64,000 nt of DNA from Anthoceros angustus (Eukaryota > Plantae > Anthocerotophyta): assembly GCA_010909165.1 (NCBI GenBank), contig MU008212.1:186001-250000 (forward strand). The letters are read 5' to 3'. The position numbers and the translations under genes were made by a program. The notes under the pieces are model-generated. The model ran no database searches. It was not told the DNA's origin and saw only the letters and a list, made by a program, of their open reading frames with translations. Positions 48,790-60,922 of the stretch are shown here, in pieces. How positions within the stretch are numbered: position 1 is the first letter of the stretch; each line of letters opens with the position of its first letter.

Positions 48790-51700
48790 TGGCCGTGGCG
48801 ATGGCGGCGACGTCGACAAAGCAAGCATACTCCCTCTTTGGGGAAAAAAAGAGCGGGATGCGGAAACCTTCGTGGAGGATTTCGTGTCCCGAGCGAACTT
48901 CAATGGCGAAGGCTCGGACGCCCAGCTCATTCAGTTGTTTCAGGGGGTTCTTCGGGGAACGGCGGCACAGTGGTACCGGAGGAAGTACCGACCGCCCCAA
49001 CGCCCCCTGCGACCTTTGAAGCGCTGAAGGATGCCTTCCTGGAGAGGTTCCGTGGAATCGACCAGGAAGGCTACGTCCTGTCTAAGCTCGAGAATCTGAA
49101 GCGAGGCAGGACGGAAAAGTTGGGATCGTACATCGAACGGTTCTACGCCCTCCGGGACCGGCACCCCACCCACACCACCATGCAGGCGGTGCGTTGGTTT
49201 GCAGCTGGCCTGCCTAAGCCAATGGCTAAGCATGTGCTGCTGCTGGTAGAAGGATGTGAGTAAGGCGGTCCGAGCGGCGGAAAACTACGAAGAATCGATG
49301 CACCAACGAAGGACGAGGGGCGCCTCGGTGGAAGAAGAAAAGAAGAAAGCGGGGGGTGAAGGATGAAGAGCCCTCGGAAGAGGAGGACGAGGAAACCGAG
49401 GTTACTTCGGAGGAAGAGGAGGAGGTCTCCGAAGAAGAATCCGAGGATGTTATGGAAGAGGAGGAACCTCGCCGAAGGAATAAGAAGAAAAAGCCCGTAG
49501 TAAAGCGGAGGGTCGAGAAGAAGGAGGTCGTGATGCCTACCCCGGCGTGAGAGGTTCCGCCTGATCCAACCCCTTTGAAAGAAGTAGCGGGGTTGAGGGA
49601 AGATCTGGAGTGGGTAATGAAGAGGGTGGAAGAATTGACGATCAACCAGGTGAAGGATAGAAGGCAGGCGGAAGGCTGCAGTTCGGACCCATCTATGATG
49701 TGGTGTGCCACCATGGGCATTCAAAGGCTCGCCTCCGGACCCGTGAACCAAGTGGAGTCGACTACGGGAAGAGTCAGGAGGCGGTGCGAGGGGCGCGCAC
49801 CAAAATCACGAGGCACCGCCGGAGACGTGATCCAAAAGCGATGTACCCTACGGCGGACCATCCATGCATCGGCCCCGATCGGCACGCATGGAGCACCTCG
49901 AATTCTCCAGCGTTGTGGTTTCTTTGGGCCGGGAACCCCGGCACTACTCCAACATGTGCCCATACCCCACTCGGCAAGGTAAGTTTGAGCGCTGTGTGGG
50001 ATTGCAAGGCGGGACACATGGCCAGGTCACCTTGTGTCCGAACCTCGCCGAGGGGCGTTCAAGCTCGCCACCGGTGGAGCCATGACCGCCTACACCCCCT
50101 CTCCCTAAGGCCGCGCCGGTGCTACAGATTGAAGATGCACAACTGGCGGAGTGGGAGGAGGCGCCAAGGGAACTTGGGGCGGAGTGGCACGAAGCGGGAT
50201 CTGCTAATGAGGAGAAGGTGCCCTGGAGGTACTGGAGGTATCAACCTGAAGCCGTCGGAAGGAGCGAAAGGAGAGAAGGCAGCTAAAGAGGAAGAAGAAT
50301 GGAGAGAGCACCACGGATATGGAGGACGGGACTCTCGCGAAGAAGGGGGAGCCAGCCAAGGAAGGCGAGTTGAATCGGGCAGCTCTGTCAGAAGAATCAC
50401 CCGAGAAGAAACCCCCTGAAGCGATAGCAGAAGGAACAGACCCACCCAAGGCAACACCCCAGTTTCCACCGGATGTGGTTCGTGAAGTGACGGAGATGCT
50501 TCAGGAGATCCGACAGGACCCGGAGGTGGTCCGGCCATCGCGGAACGGTGGCGGAGGGCTAGAAGAATCACGGCGGACACGCGACCCAACGAAGGAGTCG
50601 CCCACGCCCTTCAAGGTGGCTGACTTGATAATGGGCCAACAGCACCTGGTGTCACTTAGACACTTGTTAAGAGACAACCCGAAGTATCGACAAGAAGTCC
50701 GTAGGGCCATCAAGGAGACACAACCATGCCGAAACACCTCGGGTCGGAAGACCAAGAACGTGGAGGTAAGAGTGGTATCTCATCTACAGGACCGGGCCGG
50801 TGGTTGTGGAAATCGAGTGCGTGATCAAAAGCGTACCGGACACATGTGGTCGAGTCAACCTCATCACGGAGGCCACAAAGAAGGCTAGTTAGGGGTTCAC
50901 AAGATTTGAACCATCCACCAAAACCCTCGGATGGCGGACATGTCGTATCCGTGTGGTGAGTTGTCCGAGTCCAAGCAACCATAGCGGGGGCACCCTACAC
51001 TTTGGACTTCGTGGTCATCAAGCCCGTCGGACCTGCAGGGTATGAGTGCGTTGGGGCGTCCCTGGCTGCGACTCGCTCAGACAAAACTACACTTCGGAAG
51101 GAAGGAAATCCACTTCAAACCAGTCGACTGGGATCCGAAGGTAAGGGAAGGGCGAGTAGCGATCACCTGGAGCAAGGACACATACTGCGGGGAAACCGTA
51201 AGCACCACAGAGGGGTACACCTCCGCCGAAGACAGTGGAAATGATGAACGCGAGGATACGGATGACGCCTACCCCTTTCCAAAAATCTTGTGGTCCGAAG
51301 AAGAGATGGACTACCGGAGGGACACTTTTGGAGTGGAGGTGGTCAATTGTTTCCGAGTTGAGGCCGCGCCTAGCCTCGAGGACGAGGGCAAGGGAGGAGA
51401 CCCACCAAACGAGGAGGTAATCAAGAAGTGACCAGTTTACCCCAGAGCTTTTCCGAGAGTGGGGGATGCGTGAGGATGAACCTCGGATAGAGGATGACGG
51501 CTTTGGGCACAGCGAAGCGGTGAGGGAAAGGGAGACGGTCAATCCCGGCGATGTGGAAGGCGTGGAGGTCCGAATTCTTAAAATTCAAGGGTGCCAATGG
51601 AGTTGAAGCGAGACCTCACACAGTTGTTGGGGGAATTCAGCGAGGTGTTTGCTTTTAAGGTCACGGATATGAAAGGCATTCCGAAACAGTGGGGAGAACT

Positions 51701-53260
51701 CCAGATAGACTTGAAGCCAGGAGCGGTGAGGTTCGGATTCGACAATATAAACTGAATCCTAAACACTCGTTCAAGGTCAAGGAGGTCCTGGACAAATATT
51801 TGGAGGCGGACATCATCTTTCCAATCGTGAACAGCGAATGGGTAGCATTTGCCGTGTGCCTTGACAAGGGTGCATCCGTGTCCGCCAGGATTGGAGGAAG
51901 CTCAACGCCGCTACCGAGAAAGACCACTTCCCCATGCCCTTCGTGGATGACATAATCGGACAGTATGGACCAGTACTTACTCCTTCTTGGATGGATACTC
52001 CCACACAACCAATCACCGCAAGTGGGAGCCTGACCGATAAGACAACATTCACCACGGAGTGGGGAACGTTCGCTTACAAGCGAAGCGCCTTTGGAATGAC
52101 AGGAGCACCCGGGTCATTCATGCGGATGGTGACCAACGTCTTCCGGGATTTCCTAAGGGACTTCATGGAGGTATTCCTGGACGACTTTTGCGTACATGGA
52201 GAAGAGGACAAGCACGTTGGGCACCTGCGGAAGTGCTTGGAGCGTTGTAAGGAAACACAACCGTGTCTACATCCGGAGAAATGCTACTTCGGAATGACGG
52301 AGGGAATCTGTTGGGACATTGTGCCATGCAGAGGAATAGAGGTGGACCAAGACAAAGTCCGGGTCATTCGATCCTACGCCCTAATCAGTTGCGAGATTCT
52401 TGGGTATGGTGGGTTATTACAGGCGGTTTATTCAGGACTTTGCCAAGCGGGCCGCCAAGTTAACGGCGTTACTCCGGAAGGAGGAGGAGTGGGGCAGACC
52501 TGAAAGGGCGGCATTCGAGGATCTGAGACCACACGATAAGTGCTCCAGTATTGAAGGGTCCGGACTGGAGTAAGCGGTTCCATGTGTATGTGGATGTGTC
52601 GACTTTCGCCGCCGGAGTGTGCTCGGTAAAGGGCGACAAGCGGAGGATCATCCGATTTACTACGCGAAGGCGGCTCACGCATGGGCAGTACTACTACGGG
52701 CGGGCGTTAGGAATGGTGTACGCGGTCAAGAAATTCAGACACTACCTCCTGCCCAACGAGTTTGTGTTCTACGTAGATTACTTTGCGCTTAAACACCTTG
52801 TGAATAAGGCGGACCTGTCCGGGTGAATTGCGAGGTGGATCCTGTTGCTACAGGAGTTCACCTTTGAGGTAGAGACCAGGCAAGGGCGGCAACACCAAAA
52901 CGCGGACTTCTTGTCCAGGTTGAAGACGGAGCCGACCCTGCGGGACTAGGAGGATGATTTTCCGGACGAGGAATTGGTGGCCACGGTGGCGGCGCAAGAG
53001 GAGGAGCGCAATCAGAGGAACCCCAAAGGTGGCCATACCATGGCGAAGCGGAGAAGGGAGCGGGCGTGAGGGGCGACCCACCTGTCACCGGAGCTAGGCA
53101 GTGTCATGGGAGATGGAGATTCCAAGCGGGTTAACCCGTGCCCAGCAACAGGCCTTTGTACACTACGCTCGCCCCTTCGGGATGTACAACGGATGTATCT
53201 TCAAGATGGGACCGGACGGCGCGGAACGAAGGTACCTCCAGCAGGCGGAAATGGAGGTAG
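48790..53260 (+). pseudogene. Gypsy gag-pol (gag, zinc knuckles, protease, RT, RNase H, start of integrase), frameshifted
   Basis: FEALKDAFLERF...YIERF; KTTFTTEWGTFAYKR..FGMTGAPGSF; FMEVFLDDFCV; FHVYVDVS; ALGMVYAVKKFRHYLL. Confidence 0.92.
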
Positions 53261-53279
53261 TAAGGCCTTGGTTTCCCTA

Positions 53280-54390
53280 CCGAAGGCCTCGGCACTAGCA
53301 GCCTTTCTAGGAAGCTGGGCCCTCCTTGCTCCCATTTTGGCCTCTCGTTGCCTCCTCAGGGATTTTTGCATCTTGGAGGGCTTTGTCTCAGGCGGTGAGG
53401 AGGGGGCCTTCCCCCTATAGGTCTTTAAGGCTAGCTAGGGGCCTCTTATCCTCTTAGGCTAGAATAGTCATGCCTTCTTTTTCCTCGTTCCTTGTAGATG
53501 GTCTGCGGGGGCTCTCAGCCTCTCTTCAGGAGAAACAATACGGGCAGGCACAATAAGCTTTACTTATGGATTTCTCTATTCCCCGACCCGCACGCAATCG
53601 CCTTTGCTCTTGCTTGAGGAAGAGAGCAGGTTTCTGGCTTCTGGCCTGACCTTGCATCCAAGCCTTCTTAATTACACTAGCTTCTTTTTCTACTGCGATG
53701 AGGTTCCATATGGGCTTGGTTCAACTTTTGGCCTGTTGCCTCATGACTTGCACTGCAGTACTAGTTGTGGTGCCCCCCTCGACGACTCTGGGACCCACCT
53801 GGCTTGCTATTCAACTGGTAGGTAGCGCATTGCGACACATGATGCCGTCCGAGATGTCATGTTCTCGATGGCCAAGGAGAGCGGATTCTTTCTTTCTAGG
53901 GAGCGCCTCTATACCTTGCTTAATGGCGTCTGCTTCAAGGCTAACTTATTTTTGACCAGCTGGAACTAGGTCTCTGTTGCAGATGTGCTAGTAACAGACC
54001 CTACTCGGGATATAGTTTGCGAACATATCATCATCAACCCTCCGGGCTGGGTGGTGAAGGGGTGCGCAACTGCCAAGGTCCACAAGTATACCCCCATGTA
54101 GGAAGGCCATGCTTTCATACCTCACTATTAAGACTCATGGGGCCATTCATGGGTAAGGAGTTTTCGAGGTTCATCAAAGGCTATGCTAATGCCTACCATC
54201 GCCATAAGAATGGGGTAGGTCTCTCCCTTTCTTCTGTGGTGGACTTCTTTCGATAGCGTGTGTCCATCACCCTGTAGAGGGCATTGGCAAACGCTGTTTA
54301 CAGAACAACTTTGTGTGCAGGAGATGTTCGCATCTTCAGCTCTTGTGGTAAGTAGGCCCTTCCCTATTCCTGACTACAACATCTTGGGGG
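53280..54390 (+). mobile_element. 3' fragment of an RLE-type (CRE/R2-group-like) non-LTR retrotransposon, degraded
   Basis: SCGAPLDDSGTHLAC...RIATHDAVRDVM (CCHC-like knuckle) followed by RA-NL...ADVLVTDPT and KVHKY (restriction-like endonuclease pattern). Confidence 0.7.
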
Positions 54391-55519
54391 CAATAGGTAA
54401 CTTCAAGGTACACAATCGTGGAGCTAGTTCCTCTTGGCTTGGGCCCTTTAGTGGGTTGTTCTCCACCACCTCACTGCAGATGGGACTTTCTATCTCTGCA
54501 AATCTTATATTGTCCATTTCTCGTTCAACTAAAACGAGCTCAATAATCAAATTTAGAACCATGCAATAACTGTGCAATGAGAAATGCACATCGAGGCTTT
54601 CACACAAGCAGTCCATAAAATAACGGGATGCATGTTTGACTGCACCAATGGTATGTAGGTCTCTCCATCTTCCTAGGCTATGACATTAGGGAGAGGCTTT
54701 ACGGAGCGTACCCCCTAGACAAAACTGTGACTCGTGAAATTTCCCAAGTCAAGTAGTGATAGATGGGCTCATCATATGTAAGTATACAACAACCAAAGCA
54801 CCTTTTTTTCAAAATGCATAACCAAAGTGATTCAAATGAAAGTGGAGTACACGCCAATATCCCCACCTCCTAGCTCAACTTAGAGGTACAAATCTTGATT
54901 TTATAAATTATTACCTATAACTCAAATAAATATTTTAATATACTATATATATAATATCATAAGAGTAACTGAGTTCCTATTTTATTGCATGGGATTGTAA
55001 GAAATAAAAATTCAGCTTCAAGACTGTAACTTTAACATTAGGGAATTTCTATACCCGCAGGTTACTCTGGTAACTTCTACTGCAGACTCGTTCCTACCCG
55101 TTCTGGAATCTACATTACGCGATACAGTATAGCTGTATACCTTTAAGCTCTCAATGCCAGGGAGGGTCAATAGATTCAGGGGTGCGAGTAAGTAGATGCT
55201 GCGGTACGTGTACAGGCGAGAGCGGTGAGGAGTCCGGAGCGTCGAGAATCAGAGGATAGGTCGGGCTTACCCGGCAGGAACCATTCCAGAACCCGGGGAG
55301 GAAAATGGCGTAGGATTAGACTCATCCGAGCACAGAAAGAAGCAACTGGAGGCCAAGAAGAAGCGCAAAAAAGAAGATCGGCGAGACCGGCGCCAGGAGG
55401 ACAAGGACAAGGCCAAGGTGAAAGAGGAGAAAAAAAAGAAGACGCAGGTTCAGGGACAGCCGGCAAACATTCCGCCCTCAGCAGCGCCTGCTGGTGCTGC
55501 GCCGCTGGGAGCATCCGGC

Positions 55520-56574
55520 ATGGATGCAGCTCCGGCGGCAGCAGCACCTGGCGCACCTACGGCCGCGGCCGCCGCCGCCGCAGCAGCAGTGGTGCAGGGG
55601 AGTAGCTCTCAGCTGGAGCAGGAAGGAGGGACGGGGATCAGAAGGGGTCCACAGCCTACTCCCAATCAGCTGGCTGTGGAGAGCACCTCCGAGTCGATCC
55701 ACCGAGCCATTTCCCTCTTGCACGAGATTGAGCTTAACGTCACCAATTTTGCTATGCATCAGCAGCTTCTGCTGCTGGATCGTCTGTAAGTGGGGAGTAA
55801 GAATTCCTTGCGTTTTTGCTGTCCCTGTTTTCTGAAGCTCCTCATTTATGCTTGCTCTGACTTGTTACAGAGGGTTTTTGGCGAATGAGTTCTCTGCAAT
55901 GCAAACGGCATCAAGTGGGTGCAATATACAGATACCCGTGGAAGTGATCAGGTATTTTCTCGTGCCTAACTTCTTACGGCACAAGTGATGGCGTGTTGAT
56001 AAATCTAATGTTTTTCAGGGTTCCCATAGATAGGGCAGACTCTGTTGGAGTCGTGTTTCGTGGCTTGGTACAAGATCTCTTGCTGACGAGTGACTCCGGC
56101 TGATTTTCAAAGGTTCATCGACGAAGGCCTTGAGCCAGACCAATATTCTAGGGACCTTCTTAAGAACTGCGAGCAGCGGAACCAGGCCACCAAGGGCAAA
56201 GTGGACGCCTTTAAGGTAATGGTTTGCCGTGTATTTGTGAGAGTCATGATGCAAGCGCTTATAACCTAACTTGAGGCATGCGTCAGGACCTACGGAAACA
56301 TCTGTTGGACGAGATCGACGAAGCCTTCCCAAAAGAGATCGAGTATTTTCGAGAGATGCGGTCAGCCGCTCTTGCGGTAACCTCTCCTAACCTACAAGTA
56401 GCGTCCTGTGAAGCTATATGCTTCTTCGCCTGGGGTCTCCTGTGGATGTCAGTTCGTTCCCGCAAGTGGCTTGGGAGTTCACACGGGCCGGGGTTTTGAC
56501 AGGAATCTAGGAGGCTCCACCAATCCACAAACTCGCTGGCCAATGGTGATGTGAAAGTGAAAGGGGAACATTAA
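55520..56574 (+). CDS. MED10: Mediator subunit 10 (NUT2); exons 55520-55785, 55871-55951, 56113-56215, 56287-56376, 56503-56574
   Basis: CNIQIPVEVIRFIDEG..PD, NQATKGKVDAFK, LRKHLLDEIDEAFP, LANGDVKVK; all introns GT-AG and in frame; start codon uncertain. Confidence 0.93.
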
Positions 56575-56817
56575 TCGGGTTTGTCACTTGTACAGTTGCG
56601 GTGTCGACGGTGGAATAACTGCTCAATGGTTACGGGCCAATCTTCACGGTTCCACTGTTTTTATACCAGAGATATAACGAGGTATTTGTTTATTGCCGAA
56701 ATATTTTCTGCTCATCAATTTTCACTAGTTTCGTCGGGAGTCATATCGTAAGCTCAAGACGAAATACGATCCAGTCTCAAAATTGCTCCTGAAGAAATAT
56801 TCAATAGCCTAAAATGC

Positions 56818-59800
56818 TCACTTTTGTCGTTTACGAGGAGTATTTCCCTTCAGATGAGGACTGTTTGATGTGGATGGTTTCTCCCACTTCTTTACCAAGC
56901 GCTTTCTTCTTGAACTGCCTTCCCCAATCTCCTGTTTTGCAGTATCCTTGTTCTCTGTAGGGGCAAACAGTACCAGTACCTGGTATTAAGACCCTGTCTA
57001 CGATAGGAAGCAGCTGAGATGTTCAGACCTGACTGCCAGAAGTTTGATGGTTCAAATCGACCACTACCTTTGTCAGGTGACGACCTGTCCAACGTGATCT
57101 CTGAGTCCGTGGTTGGTCCATTCTCAACTTTAACTGTGACCACATTATCAGACGCCTCTTCCGGCATCTGGCATTTTCCCCTGAAGGGCGGCAAGTAGCA
57201 AAACCTGCAGAAACAAGGATGAAAAAGAATGAAACATTTGGAATCTCGCCGGAAACAATAGGGTAAGGCAAGAGCCGTATGGATGTCCAGCGTACCATTC
57301 ATCTGGTAACCTCTCAGTGTCAAAGCCTGCAGGAAGTCTTCGCCATTTCAGGCACTTGTCACATTGTGCCCAGCCGTTGTCTGGGATCAGACCTTGTCCA
57401 TCTTCTACCTGTACCCACAATTCGCACATCCTAAGTTAGGGCTTGGAATAGGGATTGAGGTGATCACATTCAAAGAATATTTATGGTCATTCGAGAAGCT
57501 CACCTTCGGGAGCTTCTCGAATTCATCCTCCCAGTATGCATGGATTTCCTTCGCTAGTGCCTTTTCCAACTCTGCATATGCTTCACTGTCCTCAAAGCCC
57601 TGTTTGGTGTTCAGCACCCCACCTATAGCTTTATCCCCCTACAGCACAAACAAACTCAGATCAATGGTGGAAAGGAGAAAACTAAAAACATAGTTAAAAA
57701 TCTTCTGATTCTCAAGAAGGCTGTACTCAAGTCTTGCAGGTGTAGAGCCAAACCCAAATTGCCGTCGTGTCAACAACCCCAATAACTCCTCGCCCCACGT
57801 CTGCACTGTGCATTAATCGACCAACTCGTTTGTAAGCCTGCAATAGGATGCACCATAGAATGACCTAGAGCATCAGTACCAACCACCAAGACGTAATTGC
57901 TGAAGGTTCTTCATTACTGCCACCAGGCAGAAGATTACCTCAATAAGTCGCCCATGCCAATACAAAAAAACCCCACAGTTAGCTCGTTCTCTCTCCTTAG
58001 AGGACAATCCCATGGTCAATAACAGCTCCTTTCCTTGCACTACTAGCGTTCTTTTGCGTGTCCTACTTAAAGACTCGCCCAGCTTCCTGGTTTTGACCTT
58101 TATAAACACGGCATTCACGCTTTTACTAGACAGCTAATCCACTGCCACTGAACTCTATGCACTTGCACAAGGTAATTTTCAGCAAGCAGGCAGCACAAAA
58201 GGACTATTATATGTGCTCTTCTTACCACTACACCCTGAACGTGGACTTTCATCCTTGGATGAAGAAACAGGACCTCCACATAAGCTCGGAGGGAGTAATC
58301 AAGTGGGACCTACATACATCACGAAGTCATGTTGCTTGAGAACTGGCATTTTCATGCGCACACAATGATGAGGAAAGAAGTGGAATAACTTACATTGTGA
58401 CTTATCTGTCCAGGACGGGTCCGAGGCCGCTTCGAGGTGATAAGAATATCATTTTCTTCTTCCCCTTCACCATCCCACTGCAACCTATAGGTCTCCCCCC
58501 ACTTCTCCAGGTTATATACATAAATTCGGGTTCCGGTCCGGGAAATTTTTTCAAACTCAACCCCAATATTGAACTTATCGAAAGGTGAATGCTCTTTCAC
58601 AGCCTTCAGGTATTTCTTAGCCTCATCTTCACTTTGAGCTTCATGGTCAACCTCCATTCGCCCAGCTTTCCAGGCCCAAGTCACAATTGGTATTTGCAAC
58701 ACCTGTGAGCGTGGGTATAAATGTGAGTAAAGGATTCAAAGTACAATTGACAGGAAACGCGCAGAAACAGTTCGCCAGATAGACAAAGACAACTAACTAT
58801 CTCACCTCATTCCCTTGATTGAAGGAAGTAGATAGGAACCCCATTGAACGGCTGTTTTGGCACTGAGTCAAGATGATGGCATCTTTCCCAATCCTCATGG
58901 CCCCTGACTAGAAAAGTAAAGGAGCCCCAGATTAGTAACTGGAAACATGTCACCCTTCGGACTCTTAACTCTAACCGGCACACATTGCGGCTGAATGTGA
59001 TGCACTATGTAAGGAAGTGTCTCAGCAGACACAGCTACCTTGAAACCGACACCAAATCGACCAATACGATCAACATCCTCTTCCTTAGCATGTTCATGCC
59101 CGAAGGAGAGCATCCGACAAATCTCTTTGTGGTTCATCCCACATCCATTGTCCGCGAACACCAGTATTGGTATGGGGGTATCCTGATCTTTTAGCCTTCC
59201 CATGTCCACAAAAATTTCAAGACTGTACCGGCACAATACAAAAAGTCTTAGCACAAAGAGCAACCTGTGGCATCATACAGGATGTTGCCAACAGCGGTAT
59301 ATAACAGAATGAATCAACCTTCTCACAACTCTACAATTCCAATTCCAGTGTACCCAGCAGAAACAATTTTTCGGGGACGCACCGTGTTGCTGAGGCATCA
59401 CGTGCGTTGTCGATCAATTCTGCCATGCCTCCGAACAGCCAAGATGCATGATTCTGGCTCAAAGTCTGCAGGTAGTTGGGATGCATATGGGAAACCATTG
59501 AATCTTTGGCTAGCAACATAGATTCGACTTCAGGCTGCAAAGGTGCCTGAGGACTTGCCACTGCCAAACAGTCCAGCAACTGCTATTAGTATCCTTCACA
59601 CTGCCTGTAATTGCTCAGCAGACGAGGGACAACTAAGTGTCAACAAACAAACCATTAAGCCTCGGATCGCGTGATTTATGACTATGAGATTGTTTGGAAG
59701 GCATATGTTTAACTGCTCTCCCCTCTAGCCTGCGATAGCTGACATAGACACAGCACCCAGAGTCTTTGGGCTTGTCAACAGGAGAGTTGATCCACAGCTC

Positions 59801-60922
59801 CCAGCCATCGAAGCGGATGTATGCAACCTGCACGTTCGAGGTAAGGGTCATACAAAGAGGAAAAACAAACACTTGCAACAGTTGTCTTTACACAGTTCAC
59901 TTACACAGCATAGCCATTATGAGTTCCACTGAAAAACAGTGCTGTACATGTCTAGACCGCTCACCCTGTCGTGGTCCCAAAGAAAATCAGTGAATTTTCT
60001 CCACTCATCAACTGTTGCAGTCCTATCCCCGAATGGATATACAAGAAACTTCGGCAACCCAGCAAGTGAAACCACTGTAGAACTCTGTACACGATGTATT
60101 TGAAGCTGCATTTCCTTGGACCTGTGAAATCCAGGAAGTCAGTTGCATTGCACATAGTATTGGGCCGACGGTCAGTGCGACTCACACTGTGAATGGAAGT
60201 CTCTCGAAGCTCACAACCGGTGAAATCTTTTTTCCATCCATCACCAGATTTGCAATACACTGGATTTCTCGTCCTGCACGGAAGAGACAGCAGTATCAGA
60301 AAAACGATAGCGAATTGTTTGACAATTCGCCACAAAGAGATAGAAACCGCAAGCCTAACCTTCTCCTTGTGCTAATACTGCTTCCACTTGTCTTCTTGGG
60401 AAGGCGTAGTATTCAGGAGTATTAGGCGGAGGGCACGCCAGCAGCGAAGGGGTAGGCCGCTGCATTGCGTCAGACGCTGGCGTAGATAGACCAGAATCAG
60501 CCTCTGGCAACATGGCATGTCTGGTGCTCCCTTGGCTTGGGTACGCCTGTGCATATACCGGTATTGGGAAAAAACCCCCTGGGCCTGGCTGCATCACAGG
60601 TGGGCTTGGGAATAGTGCGCCTCCAGCGCCTGAGCACAAGACAGCCGAGTCCGGGCCTATTTCCAATCCATGCTGCGGAAAGAAAGGAGAGAGTCCCACG
60701 AAAGGACCGTCGCTCCCTGGCATCCAGGTCCGAACGCCATATTCAACTGCCTGCACCATTTCCGCAGCGGCAGGGCCTGTAATTGATTGTGAGTCTGCAA
60801 CAGGACACAAGAGGCGAACTAGTCAGCGCTTCCTGCTTCAAGAAGTGAGCTCATACTAAACACCAGCTCATCCAGCCGCAAATCTTTGCGCCCGTACATT
60901 CCAGAGGCCGGTTCACATCCAT
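56818..60922 (-). CDS. MORC: MORC-family GHKL ATPase with S5 fold, CW zinc finger and N-terminal SPOC-like domain; 16 predicted exons (60922-60898, 60794-60360, 60273-60186, 60121-59965, 59827-59653, 59560-59383, 59222-59039, 58907-58806, 58702-58394, 58309-58226, 58097-57939, 57837-57754, 57638-57504, 57408-57296, 57204-57029, 56954-56818)
   Basis: HPNYLQTLSQNHASWLFGGMAELIDNARDA, DNGCGM, IGRFGVGFK, VPLDYSLRAY, YWHGRLIEAY, NTKQGF, WAQCDKCLKWRRLP...WFC; GT-AG phases are consistent; first exon tentative. Confidence 0.93.

Larger units (their letters stand above)
45107..53270 (+). mobile_element. Athila-like Ty3/gypsy element, 3'-truncated; 5' LTR at 45107-48535 with an AT-rich insertion at ~45575-46755
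   Basis: TGTGG start interrupts the copia RT, and the LTR ends in CCACA (inverted termini); PBS and gag-pol follow. Confidence 0.8.

Noticed and set aside
54374-54850. Minus-strand ORF possibly from another retroelement
   Set aside because: No diagnostic motif could be read.
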